From Amoebophrya sp. A120 (taxonomy: Eukaryota > Protista > Dinoflagellata), in NCBI GenBank assembly GCA_905178155.1, contig CAJINV010000001.1, forward strand, positions 11,030,311-11,094,310: 64,000 bases of DNA. Direction: 5' to 3'. The notes under the pieces are model-generated. The model did not search any database and was not told the DNA's origin. It saw only the letters and a list, made by a program, of their open reading frames with translations. The translations under genes and the position numbers were made by a program. Numbering within the stretch: position 1 is the first letter of the stretch; the number at the start of each line of letters is the position of its first letter. Positions 38,185 to 50,075 of the stretch are shown in pieces.

Positions 38185-39468
38185 ATGACAATGTCAATGA
38201 CGTCCGTTTTGGATTTGTCAAAGGTTCGCGACATTGCACGCGAGGAGCGCGCGACGGAGGTACAATATACGCCGGCCAGTCGCTTGGTAGCTTTTGTTAC
38301 CAGAGGCTATCGTAGTCGGGTGAATGTTTGGTACACAACGGGCACAGTTGGTACGTATATCGACCACCCCCGACAGGGACGCACTCAACTTTTTCGGCGC
38401 CAGGTGACGTTAGGGGTCCTGCGCGAGATTTTTCGAGATCCACGCGTACACACGGGTTTGGGATACCACTTCAGGGATCAAATTCCGACCCCCGCCCGAA
38501 ACGACCCGCGGGACCGGTCGCGGTCTCCCAGGCGGAGGGAGCCCGAGCCAGAAAGCGACGCAGCCGGCGGCGAGACGAGGAGCAGCACCGAGGTCGATGA
38601 GGAAGAGGCCGCAAAGGCTCAGCTGCTGCGGCTGAAGAAAGAGAAATCCGACCTAGAGAAGGAAATCGAAGGCGTCCAGGCTATTGTCGACGCATTCGAG
38701 ACGCGCAGGCAGGAAGAAAAGAGGAAGCAAGAAGAGGCGGAGGCCGAAGAACGGAAGAAAGCCGAGGAAGCACGGAAGGCAGCTGAGCGTGAAGCGGAGG
38801 AGGACCGTAAGAGAGCGACTCGACGGGATCGCGGTACAAGCTTCATCTTTTGGGGTATGACAGATGCCAATACGCTTAAGAAAGATTTCGACAAGGATGT
38901 TTCCTGCATCGCTGTTCAGGACGATGCCTGGCTCCTTGTTCATGAAAAAGCGCGCTCTTCTAGCTGGTGTGGGCGTATACCGACAGGTTTGGATAAATTT
39001 CTTCGGAGTCGGGCGAAAAATCATCCACAGCCCACTGTCGTTGCACTGGGCAGCGATGGGCGCTACTACTGTGAAGTTGAGAACGGAAAAGCACAGTGGA
39101 ACGGACCAGATAGCTTCTCCGAAGAAGTTAACGACAATCCGACGAAGACCATCAAGTGCGTTTCGTTTGGGGAGGACTACAACACCTGGTTCATCGTTTT
39201 CAAAGATGGTGCCTATTCTTCGCAGGGCAACATTCCCGCCAGCCTATCAAAGCTACTAAATCAAAGAAACCTGGCGGATTTGGAGTTTGTGTCGCTCGGG
39301 CCGGACGGCGACTACTTCGTCCGTGCCATGAATGGACGCTCCTGGTGGAATTTACCGGTTCACATAAGCAATGATCTCAACAAAGAAACGAAGGCTGGAG
39401 CTTCTGTGAAGAGTATTTACTTTGGAAGCGCAGGGAATGTCTTCGTTCGCGGAAATGACTTTCGGTAG
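38185..39468 (+). CDS. Intronless conserved hypothetical protein: N-terminal 'TTGTVGT..HPRQG.TQLFRR..PRVHTG.GY' domain, coiled coil, C-terminal beta-repeat region
   Basis: Uninterrupted ORF with a globular N-domain, an E/K/R-rich linker and repeated VALGSDGRYY / VSFGEDYNTWFI / VSLGPDGDYFV / IYFGSAGNVFV units. Confidence 0.75.
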   Translation: MTMSMTSVLDLSKVRDIAREERATEVQYTPASRLVAFVTRGYRSRVNVWYTTGTVGTYIDHPRQGRTQLFRRQVTLGVLREIFRDPRVHTGLGYHFRDQIPTPARNDPRDRSRSPRRREPEPESDAAGGETRSSTEVDEEEAAKAQLLRLKKEKSDLEKEIEGVQAIVDAFETRRQEEKRKQEEAEAEERKKAEEARKAAEREAEEDRKRATRRDRGTSFIFWGMTDANTLKKDFDKDVSCIAVQDDAWLLVHEKARSSSWCGRIPTGLDKFLRSRAKNHPQPTVVALGSDGRYYCEVENGKAQWNGPDSFSEEVNDNPTKTIKCVSFGEDYNTWFIVFKDGAYSSQGNIPASLSKLLNQRNLADLEFVSLGPDGDYFVRAMNGRSWWNLPVHISNDLNKETKAGASVKSIYFGSAGNVFVRGNDFR

Positions 39469-40120
39469 CTAGTTATGTATGATGATACAATTATTTCAAG
39501 ATCGATGGAAATCATTCCGTAGCATCAAAATGTACAAGAATTTTTTTTAACTTCTCGGCTCGGAAATTGAAGTTACTTGCTCAGCCATGACGAACTCTCA
39601 TCCATCGCTCCACGACCAGGCTGATTTCCAGGATTTATTTTGTTTGCAGGAGTGTTCCCGTACGGCACCGTATGGTGCTCTATCACGATCAGAAAAGATC
39701 TATAATGATTATCACTGCCCCGCCCGGTGTCGAAACTCCACGAGAAGACCATTTTGAAAGAACGGATTTGTCTGTCCTCGACTACTTGTTGTTCTTCATT
39801 TGAAAGATTCTTGACGAGTTCGATATGATACGGATTAGAACTAGATCACACGCACCCGTATATTCGGGTCTTGGTCTCTTTGTCTTTCTCTTTTCCGTGT
39901 TGGTCTTTTGTTGCGTGGGCGGACCTGTGCGTCCCACGCAAGATGACGACGAGAAGTAGGCACACGACAGGTCTGGCCCTGTCGTCTGTTGGCATTCTCG
40001 TTTTATTCCTCAACGTCAAGAACAGCGGAAGCGGATGAATCGGAAACGGATAGAAGGTTTGGATCGAATTTCATACATAGTGATAGCGATTTGACACTGA
40101 CTTGAGCAGTGAGTCGATAA

Positions 40121-42946
40121 TTGTGTTTTTTCTTTCTAACTTTATCCATTGGCTGTGTGGCTTTTTCACGATTGACGCAATCCGTTTCGTCGCCATACAA
40201 ATCAATCGTGATCTTGTCATTGACGGTGGAACAAGCAGAGCAAGTTAAGGTGGTTCACCAGTCCGGTGCCGGGATGGCGCCGATCTCGGAAAGTCCCCGC
40301 GACGAACCTGACGTCGCGACAACCGATATCATGAACCCGGAGATGAAGCTCCGCGCTTTTTCCTTTGCCGAGCGGGTCACCACGTGTCTGAGCAAAACCT
40401 GGTTGACGGATCCCCTGGCACAACATAACAACATTGACGTGCGCTTCGCCTTCTTTTCCGGGGGGAAGCCGAATTTGTCGTCTTCAGATGGCGGTGCTGA
40501 GAGTAAGACCAACGAAAGTGAAGACGGCGAGACTTCTTCGAATGCAGATGCAAGGGGGGATGCGGAAAATGCGATTTCAACGGCCTTGGAAATGCTTTCC
40601 ACGAGAAAAGTGGAAGACATCCTTCGAGATGAGCACCAACTCGTAGAGCCAGGCAGTGAAAAGTCAAAGTCTCTGGGATCACTTGCGGATGAAATTCTGT
40701 CCGTTCTTACGACAGAAGATGCTGTGGCGCACAATGTTGCCGGTGCCGGTTCGTTGCCAGTCCAAAGCCCGAAACCTTTTCCTGCTGATCATCTTAGTAT
40801 CGAAGATACAACTACAATGCCACGAATGCGGGACCAAACCAAAAGCGCAGTCTCACGAGTGCAGTCGCTCGCCAGCGTTGATAGTCGCTTAGCCGATTAT
40901 CTCTGCAACCTGATGCAGAGCTGGAAAGCCAGCAAGACGGAAGCAGGTGACTCCGAGGAGCAGATTTTTCAAACCTCCCACGTGCCCGTTGTACATCGCG
41001 TTGCAGACGCACGGCGCGCAGATTTGAGCGCGAAAATGTTTGCCGAGCCGCTCACGTGGGGATTTGGACCGACAGTGTTTTGGACGAATTCGTCGAATAC
41101 AGCTGCTTCGGTGATGGACTCGTCAACACGCGGTCCAAGTGTACTATCGGCAGTACCCCCTTCGCACAATTCTGTATCAACAAAGACGACAGATTTATCG
41201 CTTGACCTGTCTCACTGGGAGTTCGGTGCAGGGCACGGTGCCGGTTTGCAATTGATTTGCAACAACAATGCCGGCGAGAGTGCGGTGGTAATCTCCACTG
41301 GTGGAGGCAGCGGCGGGGGTGTCGAAAACGCAACGCACGGTGGTGGTGGCGGAGGAGGCGTGCAAGTGTTTCTACCATTGAATGTTACAACACTTAGCGG
41401 CAGTAATGGCGGGAATGTGAAGGCAACTATACTAGGCGGGAAAAGTGGCCCTGGCCTTCTCTCCTCGAAGCGCTGGCTGAAATTCTCCACGGGAGGCGGC
41501 GGTGGCTGCGGCACCGTATCGAAGAGCGATTTTGCGAAGTTGACGACCGCGCAGACCCTGGCAAAAGTGAACAAAACCGCGGATGCTGAGCTGAACATCG
41601 AACGGAAACGATTTGCAGACTTCGTGGCCTCGCAAGAAGTCGCACAAGAACCAGGGAGCGTCTCAGATCAAGCTGATGAAGCAGGATTTTACGAACAAGC
41701 GATCCAAGTGAACAAAACGATTTCGTGCGGCATGCGGCCTGACCACCACGTGTCCGGGCAGGCACCACCGACAGAGCTGATTCAGCAGTTTTTGGCGCAA
41801 GAGTGCACTTCGCTGTACATTCATGGTGGCGGGGGAGGTGGGGGCGGCGGGGTGGTCCCACTGTCCGGGGAACACGATGCGATGTCGAAAGTACCTGCCA
41901 CGATAGCCAAGAACCCCGTCTCGCTTTTCCGGCTTGGATACGGATTTTTCTTCTACGCAGACGTGTCTGGACGCAGCAAGAAACCCAAAATCGGCGACGT
42001 AGGCCTACAATCTAACGGCAAGGTGACAAAAGGCCGCGAGGAAGAACATGTTGACAGGCGTCAGCACCTTGTTGAGATGCAAAATGTTCTACCGCACCAG
42101 TCGGAGCAGCTTTTCCAGGATTTCGACTACTCACCGGACGCATGGAAAACTGTGCTGACGCCGGCGGAGTTTCAAGAGCTGGAAAAACACGTAAAGCCAA
42201 AGAGTGGAAGTCACACCGAGGTCCCATCCATTGCGGAGATGAAGAAACACCCGAAGTACTGGTGGCACTACCTGCCGCCGCAGGCTCTGGAATCCATGTT
42301 GCAGCGCAAACAACTGGAGGCTGCCGATGCCTGGAAGTACATTTCCGTTGCGCAGCCATCAGAAAGTCTCGCGCCACTAGCAGTCAACGAGGGCTTGCTG
42401 TTCACGAACGACACTGCTGCATGGACCTACTTGGATCATCTGCGAAGGAGCGCCGCCGCGGGTAGCAGCTCTCTTTTACCGCTCAGTTTCCTCGAACAAG
42501 AAAACGAAGCAAATACGCAACTGTTGATCGAAAATTATGGACGAAGTGCAACCGTAGAAAACTTCTCCCCAGATTATAAAACCCCCACTGTCTTGGTGAA
42601 GATCAATGGGACGGCTATGGGGATGAACCAACGGGAGAATTTCACGGCCGCGGCCCTGGAAGCCAGCAACCAGACCTTCGGCGGATATAACTTTACCTAC
42701 TTGAATGGCGACGTGTACGAAGCTGCCAACGAGATTGTCATGTCCACCCCGCCACGGGAGCTGATGGCTTCGCAAGGCATGAGTACGTTGACAGTGACGA
42801 CGTGGCTGTTCCTCGACCTCTATCCAGAGCCGTTCAACGCAGGTTGCCTGGTGTTTCTGGCCGCGTTCTTGTCCGCATTCATCGGGAATGCGATAGCGTT
42901 GCGCTGGCGACGCGGATCCGCCAGCGGTAGCGACTCGGAGGAGTAG
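40121..42946 (+). CDS. Hypothetical membrane-anchored protein with glycine-rich (GGGGG) motifs; true 5' end uncertain
   Basis: 941-aa ORF with repeated GAGHGAG, GGGSGGG, HGGGGGGG and GGGGGCG motifs between beta-like segments, several N-x-S/T sites, and a C-terminal TM segment GCLVFLAAFLSAFIGNAIAL. Confidence 0.65.
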   Translation: MCFFFLTLSIGCVAFSRLTQSVSSPYKSIVILSLTVEQAEQVKVVHQSGAGMAPISESPRDEPDVATTDIMNPEMKLRAFSFAERVTTCLSKTWLTDPLAQHNNIDVRFAFFSGGKPNLSSSDGGAESKTNESEDGETSSNADARGDAENAISTALEMLSTRKVEDILRDEHQLVEPGSEKSKSLGSLADEILSVLTTEDAVAHNVAGAGSLPVQSPKPFPADHLSIEDTTTMPRMRDQTKSAVSRVQSLASVDSRLADYLCNLMQSWKASKTEAGDSEEQIFQTSHVPVVHRVADARRADLSAKMFAEPLTWGFGPTVFWTNSSNTAASVMDSSTRGPSVLSAVPPSHNSVSTKTTDLSLDLSHWEFGAGHGAGLQLICNNNAGESAVVISTGGGSGGGVENATHGGGGGGGVQVFLPLNVTTLSGSNGGNVKATILGGKSGPGLLSSKRWLKFSTGGGGGCGTVSKSDFAKLTTAQTLAKVNKTADAELNIERKRFADFVASQEVAQEPGSVSDQADEAGFYEQAIQVNKTISCGMRPDHHVSGQAPPTELIQQFLAQECTSLYIHGGGGGGGGGVVPLSGEHDAMSKVPATIAKNPVSLFRLGYGFFFYADVSGRSKKPKIGDVGLQSNGKVTKGREEEHVDRRQHLVEMQNVLPHQSEQLFQDFDYSPDAWKTVLTPAEFQELEKHVKPKSGSHTEVPSIAEMKKHPKYWWHYLPPQALESMLQRKQLEAADAWKYISVAQPSESLAPLAVNEGLLFTNDTAAWTYLDHLRRSAAAGSSSLLPLSFLEQENEANTQLLIENYGRSATVENFSPDYKTPTVLVKINGTAMGMNQRENFTAAALEASNQTFGGYNFTYLNGDVYEAANEIVMSTPPRELMASQGMSTLTVTTWLFLDLYPEPFNAGCLVFLAAFLSAFIGNAIALRWRRGSASGSDSEE

Positions 42947-43683
42947 AGAGGGGTCTGGTAAGATAGCGGAGCGTGCTCGTCCTACAGTAACAGTCTACCG
43001 CAGAAATCCAAATCTAATGATCACACGGGAACAAATCTAACGATACGGATGCGTGCAAGATGTCTCCTCGGAAATGCATATGTCGAACTCACAACCTTTC
43101 TCTTCACGAACAACTGGATACGAATTTTAGCGAAAAGAAACCCAGCATAGGGTAGTTGCGTTCCACCACCAGTTGCGGTGTTTTGTGCAGATACGTATGC
43201 AAATGCGTTTTGCGACGAATTTCTTGACTACTTGAAATGAACAGTGCGCGCTTTATTCGCAGCCGGTTTCGCGTTTGGACATTTCTTGTCTTTCAAACCA
43301 GTTTTTGGAAATAGAAAAAGTTGCCTGCTCATTTTCCAAAGGGTCCTTGAAATTTTCAAGTGTTCTTCTGCGTCCTGCACCTGCTTCTGCTTGTTCTTCT
43401 GAGGTTCGCATCAAGATTGCATCGAGCTCAGCTGTTGTAGGCCTTGGCCTTTCGTGGTACAGTGCCTCCGCCGTTTCGTGTGAGTCTAATAATAAGGCGG
43501 AGCACCACTTACACTGCGCAAAATAAGTAGAGGCCGATCAATTTTTATCTCCCGCATGGTGGGGCATTTCACTATCAACAGAGTTTCACCGTGCAGACAA
43601 CAAGTACTCTAAATAATAAATGGGGTCCAACATGATCGTCCTAGACTGATCAATGATTTACTTAGTGCAGGAACGAGTACTAC

Positions 43684-46600
43684 ATGAACTCACTGTCACG
43701 AGACAGGCACTTCCATCTGCAAGACAGATCAGACGCTCTTGTAGGAACAGTCAGCACGAAAATGTCGTCTCCGGCCTCGTCAGCCGTTTCCGGCGTGATT
43801 CGGCTGGTTCCCGCGCGCGAAGGCGGTTTTGGATGCGAAAAGCACCAGCGGGGGTTCCTCGAAGAGGAGGACCCTTTTTTTGTGGACTTCTGCTCCAATG
43901 ATGTCGCGGACGAGCACTACGACCCGCCGACGAGTTCTGGAAGCAAGCCAACACTTCTACCACCAGACGAGCACTACGACCCGCCGACGAGTTCTGGAAG
44001 CAAGCAAATACTACCACCAGCAGCGACTTCCTGCCCACAAATTCTGCAAGGCACAACAACTGTGTCAGCGGAAGATACTACATCAAGTTCTTTCTCTCAT
44101 CAAACACAGGTCTCGAAGGATCAAACTGCCGGCGTTTATTCTCTGACCTCGAGCTGCGGTGCATCGACATCACACTCCACTGCTATAGTAGGTGGACCAA
44201 ATATTAACCTCATCTCGCGCCGTACGACAGATCCCATCAAGAGCACAAGTCATGGAGCCCCCACCAGCTCCAGCTGCGCCAGCGGTTCCTCAGCAGCGTG
44301 CAACCGCGGAGGGCGTGCTGCCGCGGCCCCAGCGGTTTTTGACGGCGACACTACAATGTCCAGGCGTGTGGAGCAGCTGCTGGCCGGAGATCGCGAGGCC
44401 AACGTGCGGAAGACGCGGACTAGTAGCGCGTCCGCGTTGCTATCCGGTCTTTTTAGCCGCGGCACGTCGCCACCTCCACCAGCTGCTAGTTTCCTGGACG
44501 ATCGGCGAGGGGGCAAGAATGTGGATCATGACCCGCACGACAGGACGGCAAAACATTTGTCGGGAGATGAAGATGCTCATCAGGGGGGACGTGCTGTAGC
44601 TCTCACTGGCCCTCTCTTCGACGTTGGTCGTGAGGTCATCGGCAAGGTGCTCGGCCGGTCTACGGCCCCAACGCTGTTGGCCGATGTGGACGATGACCCA
44701 AGAAATTGCCGCAGTAATAACTACACGAGGCACGGATGGGGTGCGAATAGTACGTCTCGCATGAAAACTAGCCAATCGTGCTCTACGGAGACTTGGACCG
44801 CTGAGGCCGTGCCTAGCTTGAAAAAACCCGAACTTGAACGAGCATGGCAACACCAAGACTCCGAACACATCACAAGAAGCCTGCAGCTCAATGTAAATGG
44901 TAATGGAGTTGCCTCCGACGAGCAGCGAGGAGGAAGGTCCGATAGTGTCGGTCAGCGCGATCATGTGACTGTTGGTCGACGGACATCAAAAACAGCGGAT
45001 ACAATCGAAGATGCGGATGTGCACAATACCTCCTACCGGTCAGAGCACATGGGCGACAAATCAACCGAGTTGGAAATAAATGACGATGGCGACGATGCCG
45101 AGCCGTCCTTTTTTGCGACGCGTGCTGCTTTGCGACGACTTCACGAGGGTCTGCCCGTACCCATGGGCTTAACGCAGAGCATCTTCGGTACAGAGAATGT
45201 AGCACGTGAGTGCAACTTCTGTCCTTACGTCTGATACTTAGTTCATCGATACTTAGTAATCAGTTCAAGCGTCTTCGAACCATTCATGAGAAACTGTGAC
45301 TGCTGCTTTTCCAGGTTCAAGTCCCATCACGGTCCCGGCTGCGCCGGCTATATCAGCTGCACCAACACGACCGCAAGTGGCAAACTGGATGCCTTCACCG
45401 TGCAAGCAAGTCAACGTCTCCTCCTTCACGCCAAAAGGAAACGAACAACCGCACGCGGGCTTTCCACCGCGTTCGCTTGGTAACGAAACTAGAGTGGTTT
45501 TATGCACCCGGAAGTCGGCGACTTCCGGTTTTCTTCATATATACTGTTTATTGAGTCAGCGCTGCGAGTCGAGTTCACGTGTGAATCCCAGAACGAATAC
45601 TAGCCTTGTCGCTAATTTGCCACCAATACTGTATCAGGTCTTTTGGCAACATCGCCACGGATGCTGAGTCCGGTCTGCCAGCGAGGCTTTGGCGCGACTT
45701 CTCCGCTCGCGAGGAAGCCTGTAGCTAAATCTTCGTCGCTTCTAGCAGGACCAGCTGCGTCGACTACCGGTAGTACTGGGTTGTTGTCGCAAGCTGCCAA
45801 AAAACTGGGATCCTCCTACCCGCCGCGCGGGCCCACGAAGAAAAAGCCAGGCTCTTGTCCGTCATCCACCGCAGGCAAGGCGTCCGGTTCCGGCAGTCAC
45901 AATAGCCGGAAGGGGCCAGTAGCTGCCCTGCATTCTCGCACGAGCATGCATTCTGGCACTGACGAGGGGTGCTCTTCTACGCATGAGCGGTCGGGTACTC
46001 GTTTCCACGGAACCTCAAATCATGGGGTTTCCCGCCGCGGTGACGCCAGTGCCGATTGTAACCGGACCGAGGAACAAGGGGAAGGAGCGCTGCGTCAACG
46101 GCACCGTGGCGATTCTTCCAAATGCAGTTCTAACAGTTCGAAGACGACATTGGATCTCCAGGATTTCGACGATACAACCGATGTGCCGTGTTCCAACTCC
46201 TCGCCAGACGCGGCTGCGCTGCTGTACGCACCGCTCGGCCGCCACAGTCGCAACGGTCACGGAGAAGTCGTGGCTGACACGACAGTTGCATGCGACATGG
46301 GCCAAAGTCGAGCCGCGGTTGGCCAACGGCGTTCAGCAGGAGGTGAGGAGGGCTCATCTATGATGTCGCCACACTCGAGACCGACCTGCTTTAATACTGG
46401 CACTACTGCAAGAACAATGCCTCGCTCGGGTGGCTCAGCCACTAGTGCGCACCAGCGTCCTCCTACGAACGAACATCGCGAATCATATCCGAACCAGCGG
46501 CAATTTAAGCGCACGGCAAGCTTTCAGCAGGCGGGCTTGCACAAGCACTACGGAGGTGCCGGATATGCCTACAAGTCACCGGAGTACAATAGCGGCTCGG

Positions 46601-48243
46601 CCGCACGCAGCACCGAGAAAAAGTCACCGCACACCCAGTCTGCGAAGAAGAGTGGCTCGGATAGGCTGACTGCAAACAGCCGGTCTGGTGCAGCGGTATC
46701 ACTGACGGCCCTGGTCCCACCGGCGTCATCGAGGAGCGGGATCGCGGGTGCGAGTCGTCACAACTTCACCGCAAACTCGTCCCGCTACCCCCAGCTTCAC
46801 CTAAGTCGAAAACCGAGCAGACCCGGCGGAAAAGGAGGTGCGCAATCGAGGACTGCAGAGTCAGATGTCGCAGCAGGACCCCATCCCGATGAACACACTG
46901 GCACGTCGGCGCAATCTGCCAGACCACCTAGTACTGAAGAGCGAAGTGAGCTGCATCCAGCTCAATCACATTCATCGGACGCATCCTGCACAAAAACAGA
47001 CATTAAGAACATTCTGGTCGACGAGGTCGGGGGTGTCACGGAATGCGACTCCCAAGAAAAACTAGAGCATCAAAAAATGCTCAATCATGTTGAGAGCGAC
47101 CCCATTGCCCCGTCCGCCCCACATCTTGACACGATTGCCGCCCCTCATGCTCATCTCTTCTCCCGGGAAGGCGTTAGGAAGTGTGCTGTGGACGACACTA
47201 CACGGGCTTCCCCGAGTGGCAGGTGCGACGGCATTGGCGCCTCACCCCTGTCCCACAGAAAATCGGGCCGTAAAATAGTCGCGCACGAGACGTCCACAAG
47301 CTTTGCTGACGTAGAAGTTTTCGACGAGAGCACCCTGGTCTACGCGCCGAAAGCTTCCCCACGGGACACCCTGATGATGAAGACACCGAAGCAAGCTGTC
47401 GTCGCGCAGATAGACCAGACGGACGGGCACGAAGTGCTCCTCTCGCCCGTAGTTGCGCACGATCCAGCACGAACTACATTCGCGAGTGCGAAGCTCCGCG
47501 AGGACAACGCCGCCCGGACACCTGCCCGAACTGCTCCTGTAGGTGGTGCGACCACTATCACGCCGACAAGGTTGCATAATCCCCTTTCCATCGTTGATCA
47601 ACCGGCGCTGCTGCCGTGCGAGGACAAGATGCGAGCGAATGCAAGCGAGTGTAGTTTGTTTCAGCATCAACGAGCCAAGTTGTTCGACGAACACGTGTGT
47701 GGAAGCACCGGCCGGCTCTTTTCCAGTGATGATTTGATTGACGAAAGTAGCGGAAGTGTAGACGACGAGGGTAGAAGTTTCCCCACGCCACCCTCGGTTG
47801 AGGACGGCAACGACGAGGATGTTGAAGAGGACTACGAGCACGTGGCAATGGAAAGTAGTGAAGCTGCCACGGGGAACAAGAACAACAGCAACCCGCGTCC
47901 ACCAGAGCAAGTTCAGCAACAGCATGCCGGAACGAAAACGGTTCTTGCGGGCGGAGATAAAAATATGGAAGCTGCGGCTAGCCGCCCCGACGAGGACACG
48001 ATGGACGTTCAGGTAGTGAACACGTTTCACCTCAGCGAGTCTTCTGAGAGTAACTTGTCCAGCCCGCTTCTTTGCGAAGTCGACACGGATGAAGCCACCT
48101 TGGACGCCGGTGCGGAGCCCAAGAACCTCGCAGCGCAAATCGAAGACCTCGTCGTGCGGGAGCATGGTGAAGCAGCGCGGGCGGTGGTCCGCAGTACCCT
48201 GAAGACGCTGCAGCGGGTAATGGATCCGAACGAACTCTTGTAA
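43684..48243 (+). CDS. Hypothetical low-complexity/disordered protein; exons 43684(or 43762)-45205, 45638-48243
   Basis: GT-AG intron 45206-45637 (GTGAGT donor, phase 1) joins the 516-aa and 866-aa ORFs. No domain recognised. Confidence 0.6.
43909..44019 (+). repeat. In-frame tandem duplication, 57-bp period (DEHYDPPTSSGSK..LPP x2)
   Basis: gacgagcactacgacccgccgacgagttctggaagcaagc is identical at 43909 and 43966. Confidence 0.9.
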
Positions 48244-49247
48244 ACGTCGACGTCCGAGGACAGTAACTCCAGTGAAAGAATTCATCGACAAGCGACGTGC
48301 TAGCTAGTGATACCGTTGCAGCGAGCGTCATTCATTGCCTCTTCCAATTTCACTGGTGGTTGGTGTTTTCATTCATGATTTACCTGAAGACGCGGCGTCG
48401 CCCGAGGAAGTCGGTGTTATTAGACACGGTTTTGCAGAACGTTGACGAAGGCTAACAGCAATGCGAAAGTTTACTTACTTCGCACTGAACATTAGGTTGG
48501 CGCTGTACAAGCTCGAGAATTGCTGTTATGCCCTTTACTACACTAATCAGTCAATCTTGCGGGCAGTGAAACAAAGTTCTGAACAAATGGATGCTCCTCC
48601 TCTACTACGTCTACTTCTAAAAAGCTTCGTAGTAGCAACCCAAGTATTAAGTGCCAGCTTGTATTTTCCACTTTTAGTTCTTGTGTGCGCGGCACACTGA
48701 TAATCTACTACCAGTGTTTGCACTGGCTATACCACGATTCTATGCCGCTGATATGCAAAGGCAAGGACAAAGACAACGATAGAGTGCCCTCCTCAGCGTC
48801 AGCACTCACAGTTCGTTGATACAGCAACGCGACTTTCAACTCTGAGCTGCGATTCTCTAGTTGTTTTGTCGCCATTTGTTTCTCCAGAGGTTTTTCCAGA
48901 TGGTCGACTGTTGTTGTCTACTTTCAGCAGGAGAGAACATTTACGTAAGTACGTCGTCACGGAGCGCGGCCATCTTGGTCGGTCTATTGACTCAATGGTA
49001 ACGTCGTTTCAGTTTGAGTTTCACTCCCGCAGACGTTTTTTCTTCGAGGAAGATGTTGAAGCAAGGCCTTCGCTGTAGCTTAGGCTCCTCGACAACATTC
49101 ATAGCGCCCGATTATTGGGAAGTTGGAGTGGACACAAAATGAATCTTTATTCTTGAAGAACATTGATTTGGGTGCTGGGACCGACGACTAGGCACGAACA
49201 TACTGTGAAGTGAACCTCTTGCCGTCAGTTCAGTCTACGTTGCAATT

Positions 49248-50075
49248 ATGGGATCCGGATCTTCGACTAGTCGTGCGCCCCCCGCGCCGCACGGGTCGAT
49301 CGTGGTGACGCATCGGTTGATGCACCAAAATCCCCGCTCCGTAGAGGTCGACAACTATCTGGAGGAAGGCAGGCCGCAGCAGATTTTCGGCACAAGTCGA
49401 GGACCATCGACGTCTAGTACCTCATCGAGCGGTGGAAGCGCATCTTCATCGCCACCGCGAACTAGCGACTCCTACGATGTACAAGTACCAGCCGGGGAGG
49501 AAGACGGGGGAATTGGAAGCGGGGACCAGTACCTCAGCAGGATGCGCGACGAGCGCGAAATAGAATTGAGGGTCTTGGAGGCCAAGAACGCAATGCTGGA
49601 ACAGATGGCAGAGGCAGAGCGACTTCGAATACAGGAGAAGACGGCAGAACTGAGAAAGGTACTGGTGACTACATCAACTTCCTCGTGGTGGTGGTGGTGG
49701 TCATGTGTTTCTTCGCTTGTTGAGATGCTGTAGTCTGTATCAGAGGTGACAGAGATCTCATCTACGAGGAAAATGTTTTCCCCTTTGCAAGTTTCACCGT
49801 CTTGCTTCATTGGCGAGCGCAGACGCAGAGGCAACAAAACATTTACAAAATTCGAACGACATCAATTGATTTTTTATCAGTCGTATCCATAGTGCTCATA
49901 GTTCTTGTTTTTCAAAAATCAGATCCTGCAGTTGGATATTTTGCGAAAAACGCGACCGCATCCGTGCCAGCAAGAGGAAACAACCCTTCTGAATTGCCTG
50001 GACCAGCGCGAGGATTTTTTGCGATGCGCGAACTTCGTCACAGAGTACCAAGTGTGCGCCGCCAATGCGGCTTGA
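49248..50075 (+). CDS. Mic19/CHCHD3-like protein (N-myristoylation motif, coiled coil, twin CX9C), 184 aa; exons 49248-49658, 49932-50075
   Basis: MGSGSS start and coiled coil RMRDEREIELRVLEAKNAMLEQMAEAERLRIQEKTAELRK. Exon 2, missed by the ORF track, encodes LDILRKTRPHPCQQEETTLLNCLDQREDFLRCANFVTEYQVCAANAA*. GT-AG intron 49659-49931. Confidence 0.75.
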
